A program made the position numbers and the translations under genes. Below the pieces are notes generated by a model. That model was not told where the DNA came from. It did not search any database and worked only from the letters and a program-made list of their open reading frames with translations. A DNA stretch of 64,000 nucleotides, taken from the sequence record MK514281.1; one strand, 5' to 3'. Positions 50,746-60,783 of this stretch are shown here, piece after piece. Every line of letters begins with the position of its first letter. Positions within the stretch are counted from its first letter, which is position 1.

Positions 50746-52003
50746 GACACCCGCATCGAAGGTTCCAAACCCGGTGCAGAACCCGGTGATCAAATCACCG
50801 GAGGTTAGAAACGAAGTGGTCGATTCCACTTATAACCCCCGTAAGTCGTTAATGACCTTTGTCGGAGGGTCGTCTTGGGTCATCACCTATTACAGTCAGG
50901 TCTTGGGTGAGGGCAGTGAACCCATGGCCTTGCAGCATGACGAGCAAGGGACCACACAGCAGTACCTGCGTATTCGTCGCAATGTCATGAAAGTCTCCAC
51001 CCCACTGAACCATAACCCCGAGAAAGACCAGGGGCAGATGGAAATCACCGGGGCTGGTTATCTGATGCCAGGGATTGTGCCGAACCAAGGTGACATGTTT
51101 GTGGCTGATGTGGGTGATGGTCGTGCTGGACTCTTTACCATCAACGATATCGAGATCATGTCCATCTATAACGACACCGCGTATCAGGTGACGTATGAGA
51201 TGACGGACTTCTGGGATACGGCTATCCAGAAGCTGCTCGATGACAAGACGGTGCAAGACACAGTCTATGACATGGACTTTGCCCGTACGGGTAAGAACCC
51301 GATCATCGCCTCGGAAGACTTCTTTAACCGTGAGCGCATGATGGGACTGGAGGCCTCGTTAATCCATCACTTCTTCATGACGTTTTATGATAACGAGTTC
51401 AACACCTTCTTACTCCCGGGGCAGTTGCGCACTACTTACGACCCGTACCATGCCCGGTTTGTGGATAAGTTGATTGACTACGATTCACGCCCAGGTCATG
51501 CCCGGGTTAACATCTACGACGAGTCACTCAAGGGTAATGCAAAACCCACCACGATCTGGGACCTGTTAGTTGCACAAGACCCACTGATGTTTAAGTACAT
51601 CACCAAACAGATGCAAGTCTTACCCGCGACATACTTTCGCAGTGCCACCGCGCTGTACGGGGCAATTGCGTATGCAGGTATCTACGGGGTGGTTTATCCG
51701 GTCAGTACCGATATCTTCATTAATACCGATATCGCCATTCCAGTGACACCCATCAACCCCTTGCTGTTCAGTGGGATTGGGATCAACAAGACCTACGTGT
51801 TAAGTGAGGCCTTCTATCTGCAGCAACCGCATCTGATGAGCGAACTGGAGCGGCAGGTGTATAACCTTATTACCGGCTTACCCATCAACGTGGAAAAGCT
51901 GATCGATTTGGTGGATGCCTACTTCGAGGCAGCGCCATTGGTACAATACTACGCATTTCCTCTATTAGTGTGTTTGTGCCGAACCGCACGTTATCGTTTA
52001 TAG
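50732..52003 (+). CDS. Virion structural protein (tail/baseplate/neck)
   Basis: ATG 50732 overlaps the upstream stop; PGIVPNQGDMFVADVGDGRAGLFTI. Confidence 0.6.
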   Translation: MAIAKTPASKVPNPVQNPVIKSPEVRNEVVDSTYNPRKSLMTFVGGSSWVITYYSQVLGEGSEPMALQHDEQGTTQQYLRIRRNVMKVSTPLNHNPEKDQGQMEITGAGYLMPGIVPNQGDMFVADVGDGRAGLFTINDIEIMSIYNDTAYQVTYEMTDFWDTAIQKLLDDKTVQDTVYDMDFARTGKNPIIASEDFFNRERMMGLEASLIHHFFMTFYDNEFNTFLLPGQLRTTYDPYHARFVDKLIDYDSRPGHARVNIYDESLKGNAKPTTIWDLLVAQDPLMFKYITKQMQVLPATYFRSATALYGAIAYAGIYGVVYPVSTDIFINTDIAIPVTPINPLLFSGIGINKTYVLSEAFYLQQPHLMSELERQVYNLITGLPINVEKLIDLVDAYFEAAPLVQYYAFPLLVCLCRTARYRL

Positions 52004-52010
52004 GTGTTCT

Positions 52011-52640
52011 ATGACCCAGGTGATACATAGCACGGAATTTCTAAAGAGTGAACTGGAGCGTTTACAAGTGGTGCTGTTCGAGTGCCGCTATGAATGCCGT
52101 ATCCGCCAACGCGATCTCTACGATGTTGACTATCTGCAAAACGTGGGACTGCCATCATCTGGGATAGCTTGGCTCGATCAGGAGATGGACAATCAGTTAG
52201 TGGATATGTTCCTTACCATTAACAAGATGACCGAGTGTGTGAAGAACGGGTATAACTTCTACATCAACTACCCAGAGACCTACGCAGGGATCATCTACAA
52301 AGCGATCACCGACTACATCCGCTATTACGGCGAGCTCTCGGACCGCTTCCCGAACTTACCGTTACCGGATCAGGATGACTTTGAAATCCTGGACCAGACC
52401 GCCAGTAAGATCTATACAGTCTATCGCTGCTACGAGAAACCGGAAGAGCTTTCGGGGATTGTCGGTCGTCTGCGTCGCCGTCGTCGCTCCTTCGACCTGC
52501 AGAACCCGGTAGCCGAAGTTGAGCTGCAGCGTGATGAAGATGGTAACGTGATTGCGAAGGAACATAACTCGATGCTGGATATGTTTGCTGATCGCATGAC
52601 CGTGAAGAGGATTCCAAAGCATGAATTTGGAGAAGAGTAG
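52011..52640 (+). CDS. Conserved hypothetical protein
   Basis: 209 aa, coupled within the structural block. Confidence 0.6.
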   Translation: MTQVIHSTEFLKSELERLQVVLFECRYECRIRQRDLYDVDYLQNVGLPSSGIAWLDQEMDNQLVDMFLTINKMTECVKNGYNFYINYPETYAGIIYKAITDYIRYYGELSDRFPNLPLPDQDDFEILDQTASKIYTVYRCYEKPEELSGIVGRLRRRRRSFDLQNPVAEVELQRDEDGNVIAKEHNSMLDMFADRMTVKRIPKHEFGEE

Positions 52641-53982
52641 TCTTTATAATGAAATCATCGCGATCGGGACCAAAGGCGGGCGCAGTGTCTACCGAATAAA
52701 GGCGGAGATCTTTTTTGATACCACCGTCTGTTCAGTATTCCGGGTCCGCAGTCTCAATCGCTTTGATGACTTCATGAACCGCTATAGTGAAGAGCTGAAC
52801 ATTGAAGTGGCAATGTCGGAGGGGGTGTACAACCAACAGATTATCCCCAATGCCACGCGGCTTAAGATGCACCTGGTGATTAACAAATACGAACCGGGAC
52901 AAGAACCCGTCAGTACGCGCTACACACTTCGGGTGTTTCCTAAAACCGGATATGACCCGCAGCTGACACAACAACGGGCCGCGGATATCAATCAGGCTGC
53001 GATTGCTGCAACCTCCTTGCAGTTCTATCAGTTCCAGTTGTTTACCTCAGCGATTGAACAACTCAGTGCAACGCCATGTGCCGGGATCTTTCCTACCACC
53101 TCACCGGCCGCATTGATTCGGGTGTTACTGGGCGGTGTGTCAGAAGGGCTGGAGTTACCGTTAGAGGAAAAACCGCTGGGGATGGAGATGTACCCGGTGG
53201 ATGCGGTGACGCCAGATGGCAAGGAGATCATCAAGAACCATGTGGTGGTCAAGCCGATCCAGTTGTGTGACTTGCCGGGCTTTCTGCAGCACGAGTATGG
53301 GTTGTACAAGACAGCGATTGGGTCGTATTACCATAAGCAGTATTGGCACATCTGGCCGCTCTACAACACCAAACGGTTTGAGCTGGTACGCAAGAACCTG
53401 ATTGTAGTCAACGTTCCTAAGGATAAGTTCCCTAACATGGAACACACCTACGAGATGCGTGGCTCGAGTCTGTGTGTCTTGGCGACCGGTGACACTGCGG
53501 TGCACGACACGTCGAACCTGGCGCAATACCAGGAAGGCAATGGCGTCAGGGCAACCCGGTCCTCTGCGATGAGTGGCGATGAGGGGATGGAGGTGAAGCA
53601 GGGGCAAGTGGTGCTGCAGCGTGGTGCGACTAACTCTGAGTTCATTACCAATACCCGTCAAGGTGCAGTTAACTTTGCCCCCATGGCTGGTGAGATCACA
53701 GACAACAGTTATCGCATTGTGTCAAAGACAGCGGTTAATAACGGATCTACTATTCAGGTGACCTGGCAGAACGCCGACCCTGAGCTGATCTTCCCCGGCA
53801 TGCCGGTGAAGTACCTCTACATGAAGTCGACGGGTGTTGAACAACGCTACGGGACGCTGGTGATGGCAGAGGCGCATTATCGACTGGCACAGGACGGGTT
53901 AGCTGATGAGGTGATGTTGTGTGATATGGCCTTAACCTTGTTCATTGATACCGCCGACGAAACCGCCAACAGTTCATTGTAA
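52621..53982 (+). CDS. Virion structural protein, putative baseplate hub
   Basis: 453 aa; QVTWQNADPELIFPGMPVKYLY C-terminal barrel; synteny. Confidence 0.55.
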   Translation: MNLEKSSLYNEIIAIGTKGGRSVYRIKAEIFFDTTVCSVFRVRSLNRFDDFMNRYSEELNIEVAMSEGVYNQQIIPNATRLKMHLVINKYEPGQEPVSTRYTLRVFPKTGYDPQLTQQRAADINQAAIAATSLQFYQFQLFTSAIEQLSATPCAGIFPTTSPAALIRVLLGGVSEGLELPLEEKPLGMEMYPVDAVTPDGKEIIKNHVVVKPIQLCDLPGFLQHEYGLYKTAIGSYYHKQYWHIWPLYNTKRFELVRKNLIVVNVPKDKFPNMEHTYEMRGSSLCVLATGDTAVHDTSNLAQYQEGNGVRATRSSAMSGDEGMEVKQGQVVLQRGATNSEFITNTRQGAVNFAPMAGEITDNSYRIVSKTAVNNGSTIQVTWQNADPELIFPGMPVKYLYMKSTGVEQRYGTLVMAEAHYRLAQDGLADEVMLCDMALTLFIDTADETANSSL

Positions 53983-54047
53983 TTAGTGACATTCATCCCT
54001 AGTCTTATGAGCTCCTGGCTCATAGGCTAGGATGGATTTATTCTTAG

Positions 54048-54057
54048 ACCTACATTA
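54048..54057 (+). promoter_or_regulatory. Candidate early promoter ACCTACATTA
   Basis: Exact 10-mer, 35 nt upstream of ATG 54092. Confidence 0.55.
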
Positions 54058-54091
54058 TCGAGATGATCCAATAAATTATAAGGACTTCACC

Positions 54092-55570
54092 ATGAGTCGC
54101 AATTTCTCGTTGACCACCCTCATCAATCTCCTTCAAGCTGAGCTCGATTGGTACTCTACCCAGTTTCCTGAGTTTGAAGCCGATGTGCTGGACATTGTTA
54201 ATAACACCATCAGCGGTAAGTTAACCGCCAGTGACTTTGGCTGGACTTATAATCGCCTGATCTCTAAGTTTGGTCTGGTGATGCAGGATACCGGCAACCC
54301 GCGGGCAAGGTTCTTGCGCTGCATCGTACCGAACTGCACCCACGGCATTATCCCACAGCTACAGAGTATTCGTAATTACGGTGATCAACACATCGATCGT
54401 GATCACATCATGGCCAGCGCTGTAGAGATCTTGTTGGGAAATTCCGTCGCCCCGATTATCAGCAGTTTTTATAAAAGCATCAAGCAGGGTGGCGATACTG
54501 CACCGTGGGAGCGTGAGGGCTATTATGAATTGTTGTATATGCGCTTGCGCAACAACCGCCATCAATTCCCTTCAGGCTTTCAGGTGCTGCAACCCCAACC
54601 GCGCTTGACGGATGAACTCTCCACTGAGATCTATCGTCGCTTTGATGAGATTGTCGGTGCCCTGGAGAAGTTTAACAGCGACCCACAATACGCGTCAGAG
54701 AACTACACCCTGCACGGCCTGCAAGATCCGTGGACTCATGCCGGGACTCGGGGCGATACCATGGCAGCGAAGTTATGCCGTGCAATTGATGGTGAACGCC
54801 CCCACCACTATGACGAAGATGAAGACGAGGAGCTTTCGTTTAACCTCACGCCCTATAACCCGGAAGCGGATTTAGTGAGCACGCTGAATAACGTGCATCA
54901 TCTTCAGCCGATTGTGAAAGCCATCGTCAGTGCGGCAGCCACCAAAGAGTCTATTGATGAACGTTACCCGTTTCGTCAACCTCACGGTGTGCTTCAGTTG
55001 GTGCAGAAAGGTTACTTCGATGGCCTGACCCCAAAACACCTCAACGAGATCTACAGCACCGATCTCACTATCCCTGCGATCCACAACGTATTAAGTAAGG
55101 TAACTTACTATAGTCGCGATGACCATGCGCAGCTTGAACTCGACCAGAACGGCAACATTCCTGATCGTCAAATCAACCCGGTGATCACTAACTTTAACCA
55201 AGCTCTAAACCGTACATACCCAACCAATATCCCGTTACTGACCATTCCAATGCCGGTGGCCATGAACGAAGAGCTCGACTTTGCAGCCCTCGCGAAAACC
55301 GAGATCAGAAACTATAACCGGGATGGGTATCTGTGGTTGTTGCTCGGTATCGTCTTTGACATCAGTAAGATGACCGTGACGTATCGCCGTCAGCTGAACC
55401 GCATCAAAGGCGTGCCGTTACGTAAGGTGTGGGAACTGCCTCTGATCGTCACGCCGCATCGCACCATCGAAGAGATCTTTGCTGATCTTGGTTATGAAAT
55501 CTTAGAGGTAACTGATCCAAATGCCAAAACAGAAGCTCCAGTTCGAAAACCTGGTGGCAAGCGTAAATGA
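54092..55570 (+). CDS. Hypothetical protein
   Basis: ATG 54092 behind aagga (ORF-track start 54032 overlaps the promoter motif). Confidence 0.7.
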   Translation: MSRNFSLTTLINLLQAELDWYSTQFPEFEADVLDIVNNTISGKLTASDFGWTYNRLISKFGLVMQDTGNPRARFLRCIVPNCTHGIIPQLQSIRNYGDQHIDRDHIMASAVEILLGNSVAPIISSFYKSIKQGGDTAPWEREGYYELLYMRLRNNRHQFPSGFQVLQPQPRLTDELSTEIYRRFDEIVGALEKFNSDPQYASENYTLHGLQDPWTHAGTRGDTMAAKLCRAIDGERPHHYDEDEDEELSFNLTPYNPEADLVSTLNNVHHLQPIVKAIVSAAATKESIDERYPFRQPHGVLQLVQKGYFDGLTPKHLNEIYSTDLTIPAIHNVLSKVTYYSRDDHAQLELDQNGNIPDRQINPVITNFNQALNRTYPTNIPLLTIPMPVAMNEELDFAALAKTEIRNYNRDGYLWLLLGIVFDISKMTVTYRRQLNRIKGVPLRKVWELPLIVTPHRTIEEIFADLGYEILEVTDPNAKTEAPVRKPGGKRK

Positions 55571-55916
55571 TTTCGCTGGTCAACTGGGTCAGGTAGCTGT
55601 GCTGATCGAAGGCTTTGATGGGGGCGCTAAGCGCCCCTATTTAGCGTTTGCTCTCCATATGCTCCTTTCATCAGACGCGTCCGAGCGACTGGGTGCCGGC
55701 TGGTACCTGTTACTCATTCGGGCTATGTACAACGAACTCGGTCATGAGTTCACTACCGTCGATGAGTTAGATGACTTCATCGATACCTTTTATGACTTGT
55801 TTGATGCGCACAACATCGAACTGAACGACGCCGTCGTGAACGAATTGAATATCGCTTTCGACATGTTTGAAGAGTCACTCGACCTGGGTGATGCCACCGA
55901 CGAGTATGACGACTAA
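55521..55916 (+). CDS. Acidic hypothetical protein
   Basis: 131 aa, D/E-rich C-terminus. Confidence 0.55.
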   Translation: MPKQKLQFENLVASVNDFAGQLGQVAVLIEGFDGGAKRPYLAFALHMLLSSDASERLGAGWYLLLIRAMYNELGHEFTTVDELDDFIDTFYDLFDAHNIELNDAVVNELNIAFDMFEESLDLGDATDEYDD

Positions 55917-55945
55917 TTCCCATCCTTAATTAACCGAGACGTAAA

Positions 55946-56167
55946 ATGAAAAAGAACATCCTACTGGCTGTGGTCCTGCTGTCTGCATTTCCTTCTGTAA
56001 AGGCATCCATGGATGTCCCGCCAGACCCGTACACCATTCAGTGTTTATCGGAGACTGAATGCTTTTATGCTAATGGACGTAAAGTGACTGAGCAGGAACT
56101 TCAGAAACTGGCGCTCCTGATTCAACAAGAGGAACAAAATGAGTCAAGTCAAAACAATGACGGCTGA
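55946..56167 (+). CDS. Small secreted protein
   Basis: Signal peptide MKKNILLAVVLLSAFPSVKA; C-x5-C pair. Confidence 0.6.
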   Translation: MKKNILLAVVLLSAFPSVKASMDVPPDPYTIQCLSETECFYANGRKVTEQELQKLALLIQQEEQNESSQNNDG

Positions 56168-56921
56168 AGAGATCAGAAAGGCGATGTGGGTCTATGATGC
56201 ATTGTCTAACAGCCACCGTGGTCTGTATGTCAAAGCAGAAGGTCCGGATGGTTCGGGTAAGTCAACCTTTGTGAAACTGCTAACGGAATGGTTACAGACA
56301 CAGTTAGGTAACAGCCGGGCGGTGATGACCCGTGAAATGGGCGGCACTGCACAAGGTCGTGTCTTTCGTGAAATGGTGCTCTTCCCTAAAGAGACCCAAG
56401 AGCTGGATCTGCAAACTGAAACGCTGCTGTGCTGGGCTGATCGGGTTGAAGGCCAGAAGCAAGTTAAAGCCTGGTTAAACGCCGGGATCGCTGTGGTTCA
56501 GGATCGCACCTACTTCTCCACCTACGCTTATCAAGGCATGCTGTACGGACAGTCACCGTTGGTAAGCAAGATTCATTCCGGCCTGGACATCATGAACGCG
56601 GATATCGTGTTTGTGTTGGACGTTGACCCAGAAGACATTCTGGCGCGCGTAGGTCGTCGTGAAGCAAAGGGTAATGAAGATCCAACGGGTAATGACCGGA
56701 TGGATGTGATGACCGATCGGCAACTAAAAGACCTCTGCTACTTTTACCGGGGTATTGAGCACCAGATGCCCGCCTGTGCCAATATCAAACAATCTAAAGT
56801 CATCCACCTGGATGGCCGGCAAACGCAGGAGCAACTGCTGCAGGATGCCATTGTTCACTTAACCCGTTTTCTGGATGAGAAGGAACGCGAAGCAAATGAC
56901 CTCTGCCGTGCTATTTGCTAA
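56139..56921 (+). CDS. tmk: Thymidylate kinase
   Basis: P-loop EGPDGSGKST, TREMGGT, WADR, DRTYFSTYAYQG, FVLDVDPE. Confidence 0.9.
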   Translation: MSQVKTMTAEEIRKAMWVYDALSNSHRGLYVKAEGPDGSGKSTFVKLLTEWLQTQLGNSRAVMTREMGGTAQGRVFREMVLFPKETQELDLQTETLLCWADRVEGQKQVKAWLNAGIAVVQDRTYFSTYAYQGMLYGQSPLVSKIHSGLDIMNADIVFVLDVDPEDILARVGRREAKGNEDPTGNDRMDVMTDRQLKDLCYFYRGIEHQMPACANIKQSKVIHLDGRQTQEQLLQDAIVHLTRFLDEKEREANDLCRAIC

Positions 56922-57207
56922 TGTGACCGAACCTCTGTTGCTGAAACTCAAAGAGGTGAATGAAGCGGTTGACCTCGAGTGGCTGATTGAACAGGGTAAG
57001 ATGGTCAGTCTTATTCGTAAGAACGTCGTGCGTGCTGAACGTGATGACGGCGCGCATGTGCATGTGATGGTGTTTCCCCGCGAGTATCTTCTGAACCTCG
57101 CTGAACGCCATGACGATGCGCAATATCAGGCCTGGTTAATCGAAAGCAAGATCAAGCCTTTTAAAGAGCATTACGCTCACGGTAGTCTCAGTATGTACGT
57201 GTACTAA
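56896..57207 (+). CDS. Hypothetical protein
   Basis: ATG 56896 behind aagga; followed by a terminator. Confidence 0.55.
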   Translation: MTSAVLFANVTEPLLLKLKEVNEAVDLEWLIEQGKMVSLIRKNVVRAERDDGAHVHVMVFPREYLLNLAERHDDAQYQAWLIESKIKPFKEHYAHGSLSMYVY

Positions 57208-57211
57208 CTTT

Positions 57212-57246
57212 AAGCAGGAGTAAGGAAACTTACTCCGCTTATGCCA
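57212..57246 (+). terminator. Hairpin + TTATGCC
   Basis: aagc-a-ggagtaag-gaaa-cttactcc-gctt-atgcca. Confidence 0.65.
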
Positions 57247-57270
57247 ATTTAATTTAACCGGACGTGTATC

Positions 57271-57681
57271 ATGAAATTAGGCTTTTATTACGCATTAGTA
57301 AAGAACCATGTGTCAGGTAAACGTGAGATCTTATCCATCCAACGTGAGAGTGTCGCAGAACTCTTCCCAGTGTGTTATACGCGACTCTGTAAAGAGATTG
57401 AGGAAAACCACAGTGGTAAGTACGAAACCTCAGCATTGGCCTTTGGTGCGCTTAAAATCGAGTATCATGCAGCCAGTCAGTTGGGAACGATATGGATTGG
57501 CCATACCAAGGTCGGGATCATCACCCCGAAAGCCACGTTGATCTCGGTAGGCGTGGAGTATCCGATTGGGACTTTCTATCTATCCCCACCACCAAGTCTG
57601 CAGATTGGTGACCCGGAATTGATTCAGTTACGGGATGTGGTGGCCAGTGTAATTGGCGATGCAACATGGGTGATGAACTAA
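57271..57681 (+). CDS. Hypothetical protein
   Basis: 136 aa, TAATG-coupled to the next gene. Confidence 0.6.
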   Translation: MKLGFYYALVKNHVSGKREILSIQRESVAELFPVCYTRLCKEIEENHSGKYETSALAFGALKIEYHAASQLGTIWIGHTKVGIITPKATLISVGVEYPIGTFYLSPPPSLQIGDPELIQLRDVVASVIGDATWVMN

Positions 57682-58178
57682 TGGCGAAGATCAATGTCTC
57701 GAATGCCACGACCTATAAGTTCTTTAAAGAACGTGCAAGCCATACACTGCGTCAGTTTGCCCAAGATCTTGATCCGGGTATTTTGCCAGTCGCAAGAGAG
57801 CTTAACGCAATAGAAGGGATCGCCCCTGTCTGGAGTTGTGAGTCACACCCTAAAGGCAAAAGTACGGCTGACCGTGACGCTTACGTTACTTGTGTGGTCA
57901 CCGGCCGTGGAATGGATAAGATAGAAGAGATCTACAAAGAGTGGATGCGGTTGCTAGACCAAGATCAATTATCCTGGCATAGTGGCGACAGTGCTCAACG
58001 GCGCAGAAAACGAGTGTATGCTCACCAGGTAATGATCAAAACACGCCGCCGGACTTGGCCCGATGATTTCTCTCGCCATTATATTTCGGTGTGGCTGGGG
58101 TATAGCGGGGTCAATGCTCTCAACAAGCGCTTGGTGCTTCTGTCGTTTGAACAAGCTATCCGTAACGTAACCTTTTAA
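57681..58178 (+). CDS. Hypothetical protein with a TYW3-like N-terminal motif
   Basis: LDPGILPVARELNAIEGIAPVWSCESH. Confidence 0.55.
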   Translation: MAKINVSNATTYKFFKERASHTLRQFAQDLDPGILPVARELNAIEGIAPVWSCESHPKGKSTADRDAYVTCVVTGRGMDKIEEIYKEWMRLLDQDQLSWHSGDSAQRRRKRVYAHQVMIKTRRRTWPDDFSRHYISVWLGYSGVNALNKRLVLLSFEQAIRNVTF

Positions 58179-58185
58179 ACTTAAT

Positions 58186-58252
58186 CGGCATAACCCCCTG
58201 AGAGAGAAGCGCAATGCTTCTCTCTCAGGGATGCCTGAATCTCTTTTTTTTT
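58186..58252. terminator. CGGCATAA-hairpin-ATGCC + poly-T
   Basis: ccctgagagagaagc-gcaat-gcttctctctcaggg, 15-bp stem. Confidence 0.75.
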
Positions 58253-58372
58253 AGTCTGGTTAAATATAGTGGATAGAGAATTAACTTGAATAACAAAAAA
58301 TAAAGCAAAGTAATATCAACGCCGGTAAGGGCTACAACAGTTGTTCTAATTTTCAGGCACGTAGCCTAGGAG

Positions 58373-58409
58373 AAAAAAAGGAGGAAGCAGCTTATCCAGT
58401 TACTTCCTC
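58373..58409 (-). terminator. Intrinsic terminator of the DnaB gene
   Basis: Minus reads gaggaag...cttcctc then cttttttt. Confidence 0.6.
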
Positions 58410-58450
58410 AAAAACGTTATTTCTCGTCGTCCCCATTCTGGGACATAGTA

Positions 58451-59983
58451 TTACCCAAACCACGGAGCTCCACCGCCATCAGAGTTTGTCTCTCCGGCAA
58501 CGTGCTTACGGGATTTGTCCTTTCCATTCACATCATCAAGAATACCGACTCCAGGTTCGAACTTGTAAACGCAATATTTATCACGCTCAGGTGTAATCGA
58601 AATGGTGCGATGCTTACCGCGCTGAATGCACAGATAAGACTCTTCACCAACACGGACAATATGGATAATCATTTCCACATCGACTTCTTGGTCGATCTTG
58701 GTACAGTTATCCCAATAACCTTTATTCGCTGTTTCACGTGGAAGGTCTTCTTCGAGACCGTTACGGACCAGCATCTTCGCAGCAGGACTCAACTGATGCG
58801 GAGTAATGACACAGATACCACGAGCAGATGTAAAGTTACGGACACGACGGAAAAGATCACGGTACTCTTGTCCCGCAACACCTTTCTCGCAACCTTCTTT
58901 ACTGAACATCCCCAGGTAGTCGATGGTTAATAGATGAATCTCATAGCCCATGTTCTCAAAGTGCTTGATACGCTCAAAGAGATTACGGTAACCAAACTGC
59001 GATGGGTTAACACGACAGAAGTTGACTTCATAACCGTTAACAGATAAGGCGGCTAAGACTTCACGGGCTGCTTCCGCTTCATCTACTGTCTGATGGTTAT
59101 GATCCAGGCCATCGATGTTTGCTTTGATCTTCTTCCACCACAGAACCATGTTGTCGGTCATGTTGTTTTCAGAAGAGATGTGCATGATCATCGGTTTCTT
59201 CTTCGGATCACGCATGTACGGTTTGTTAAAGGTGGCGATCTGACGTGTCAGGTCCATGGTGAAGCCGGTCTTGTTGTTGTGCTGCAATGCACCAATCAAG
59301 ACGAACTCACTGCGACGGAACCCGCCCACTTCACCCAGCATGCGGTTGATACCGGTGTAACCTGTCTTTAATACCCCAAGCGTAGAAGACTCTTCTTTCG
59401 CTTGCTTAAAGATCTTACCCACTTCTTCCAGGTTACTGACTGTAATGTCAGAGATCACCGCTGGGTCAAACTGTTCAGAGACACCGATGTTAACCGTTTC
59501 AATCTCTTCTAAGAGCTTGACCACCGCAGAATCCATGTCGATGTCTTCACCGCCAAAGATGATAGGTGCTGCAAACCGCTTGATGATGGCCTTCGCCCGA
59601 CGGTGCTGATCCCACTTACGCAGTTCACGTCCAATGGCGACCACAGACTGTTTGGCTTTGTAAGGATCATCCTCGGTGCTGCTGACACCCATTTCTAAGG
59701 CTTGGTAAGTTGCCGCGTCATGGCCGCAGTCAGTTAACAAGCGTTGAAGCAGATCAGTTTTATCCAGTGGTTGATTCTTAGGACGACTAATCATCCAACG
59801 AATAGTACGGCGTAAAGCCAGCTGTACATTGCGGGATTCGTCATCACCTGTACCTTCAACAGGGGTCGGAATGTTATCCAGGAGCTCATCAACGAACTCA
59901 CTGCTGTCATCGCTGTCAGTGCCAACAATGGACTCTTGATAAAATAACGTAATAATCTTTATGAGTAATAGAACGGTTTCCAT
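58451..59983 (-). CDS. dnaB: DnaB-like replicative helicase (phiKZ gp118-like)
   Basis: LKTGYTGINRMLG..GG; divergent Walker A GALQHNNKT; ISSEN; Walker B LLTIDYLG; PHQLS; RGKHR. ATG 59983 behind gagggg. Confidence 0.85.
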   Translation of the reverse strand: METVLLLIKIITLFYQESIVGTDSDDSSEFVDELLDNIPTPVEGTGDDESRNVQLALRRTIRWMISRPKNQPLDKTDLLQRLLTDCGHDAATYQALEMGVSSTEDDPYKAKQSVVAIGRELRKWDQHRRAKAIIKRFAAPIIFGGEDIDMDSAVVKLLEEIETVNIGVSEQFDPAVISDITVSNLEEVGKIFKQAKEESSTLGVLKTGYTGINRMLGEVGGFRRSEFVLIGALQHNNKTGFTMDLTRQIATFNKPYMRDPKKKPMIMHISSENNMTDNMVLWWKKIKANIDGLDHNHQTVDEAEAAREVLAALSVNGYEVNFCRVNPSQFGYRNLFERIKHFENMGYEIHLLTIDYLGMFSKEGCEKGVAGQEYRDLFRRVRNFTSARGICVITPHQLSPAAKMLVRNGLEEDLPRETANKGYWDNCTKIDQEVDVEMIIHIVRVGEESYLCIQRGKHRTISITPERDKYCVYKFEPGVGILDDVNGKDKSRKHVAGETNSDGGGAPWFG

Positions 59984-60011
59984 TATGCCCCTCGTTATAA
60001 GGTAATTAACC

Positions 60012-60641
60012 ATGTACAATGAAAAGTTGGTAATTGTGCCAGCGCCAATCCTTCGGGCTATTCACAATGCAAAAGAAAGTGAAGCAATTTTAACGTGTCC
60101 GAAAAGAATGCTTTCCATATTATCCAGACGTGATGTCATTTTCTACTACGTGGTGAATACTCTTCTTTGTGACTATTCCTATAAAGCAGACCCAGCCAAC
60201 CCAGAACCACCGTTGGTGTCGGCGCTGCGGGATCTGTTGTCACACACTAACGGCGTAATGAATGCCTTTACCTCGCCGGCGTGGGTTGCGTTTGTTGATG
60301 AGAACGACGCTGATATCCAAAGCGAGCGTCGACTGAAAGCGCGTAGTATCTATGAGTACCTGACTGGTGAACCGTATGCATGGAATTCAACAGAAGGTGA
60401 CGATTCTTTAAGCTATATCTATGACACCCAGGCGAAAGTCGTGGGAGGTGAAGCCGTTGCAGTGTTGATTAATGCTGTGAAGGAGAACGATAGTTACAAT
60501 ATCATCAGTCATCAACGTTTATTCGAACAAACCATTCTGGCGTTCACTACACTGACAGCAGACACCAAAAGCTTTGCTTCCCTTTATAAAGGCTTTTGTG
60601 AACTGGTTTACCAAGACTCGCTAATCCGACGTTTTGTGTAA
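60012..60641 (+). CDS. Conserved protein upstream of the capsid gene (phiKZ gp119-like position)
   Basis: 209 aa; synteny DnaB(-)/gp119/MCP. Confidence 0.6.
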   Translation: MYNEKLVIVPAPILRAIHNAKESEAILTCPKRMLSILSRRDVIFYYVVNTLLCDYSYKADPANPEPPLVSALRDLLSHTNGVMNAFTSPAWVAFVDENDADIQSERRLKARSIYEYLTGEPYAWNSTEGDDSLSYIYDTQAKVVGGEAVAVLINAVKENDSYNIISHQRLFEQTILAFTTLTADTKSFASLYKGFCELVYQDSLIRRFV

Positions 60642-60783
60642 GAATCTATGTAATAGTATGTAAATTGCCATTTCGATGGCGGCGTACTGTTATGACCGTG
60701 TGTTAGCGCGACACAACCCCCTGTTTATGTACATAGACAGGTAATATCGAAAACTTATATAAGTTATTGAAGGAAACAACGAA

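Noticed and set aside
58417-58446. 9-aa ORF MSQNGDDEK right after the DnaB stop
   Set aside because: Too short, no RBS, indistinguishable from chance.
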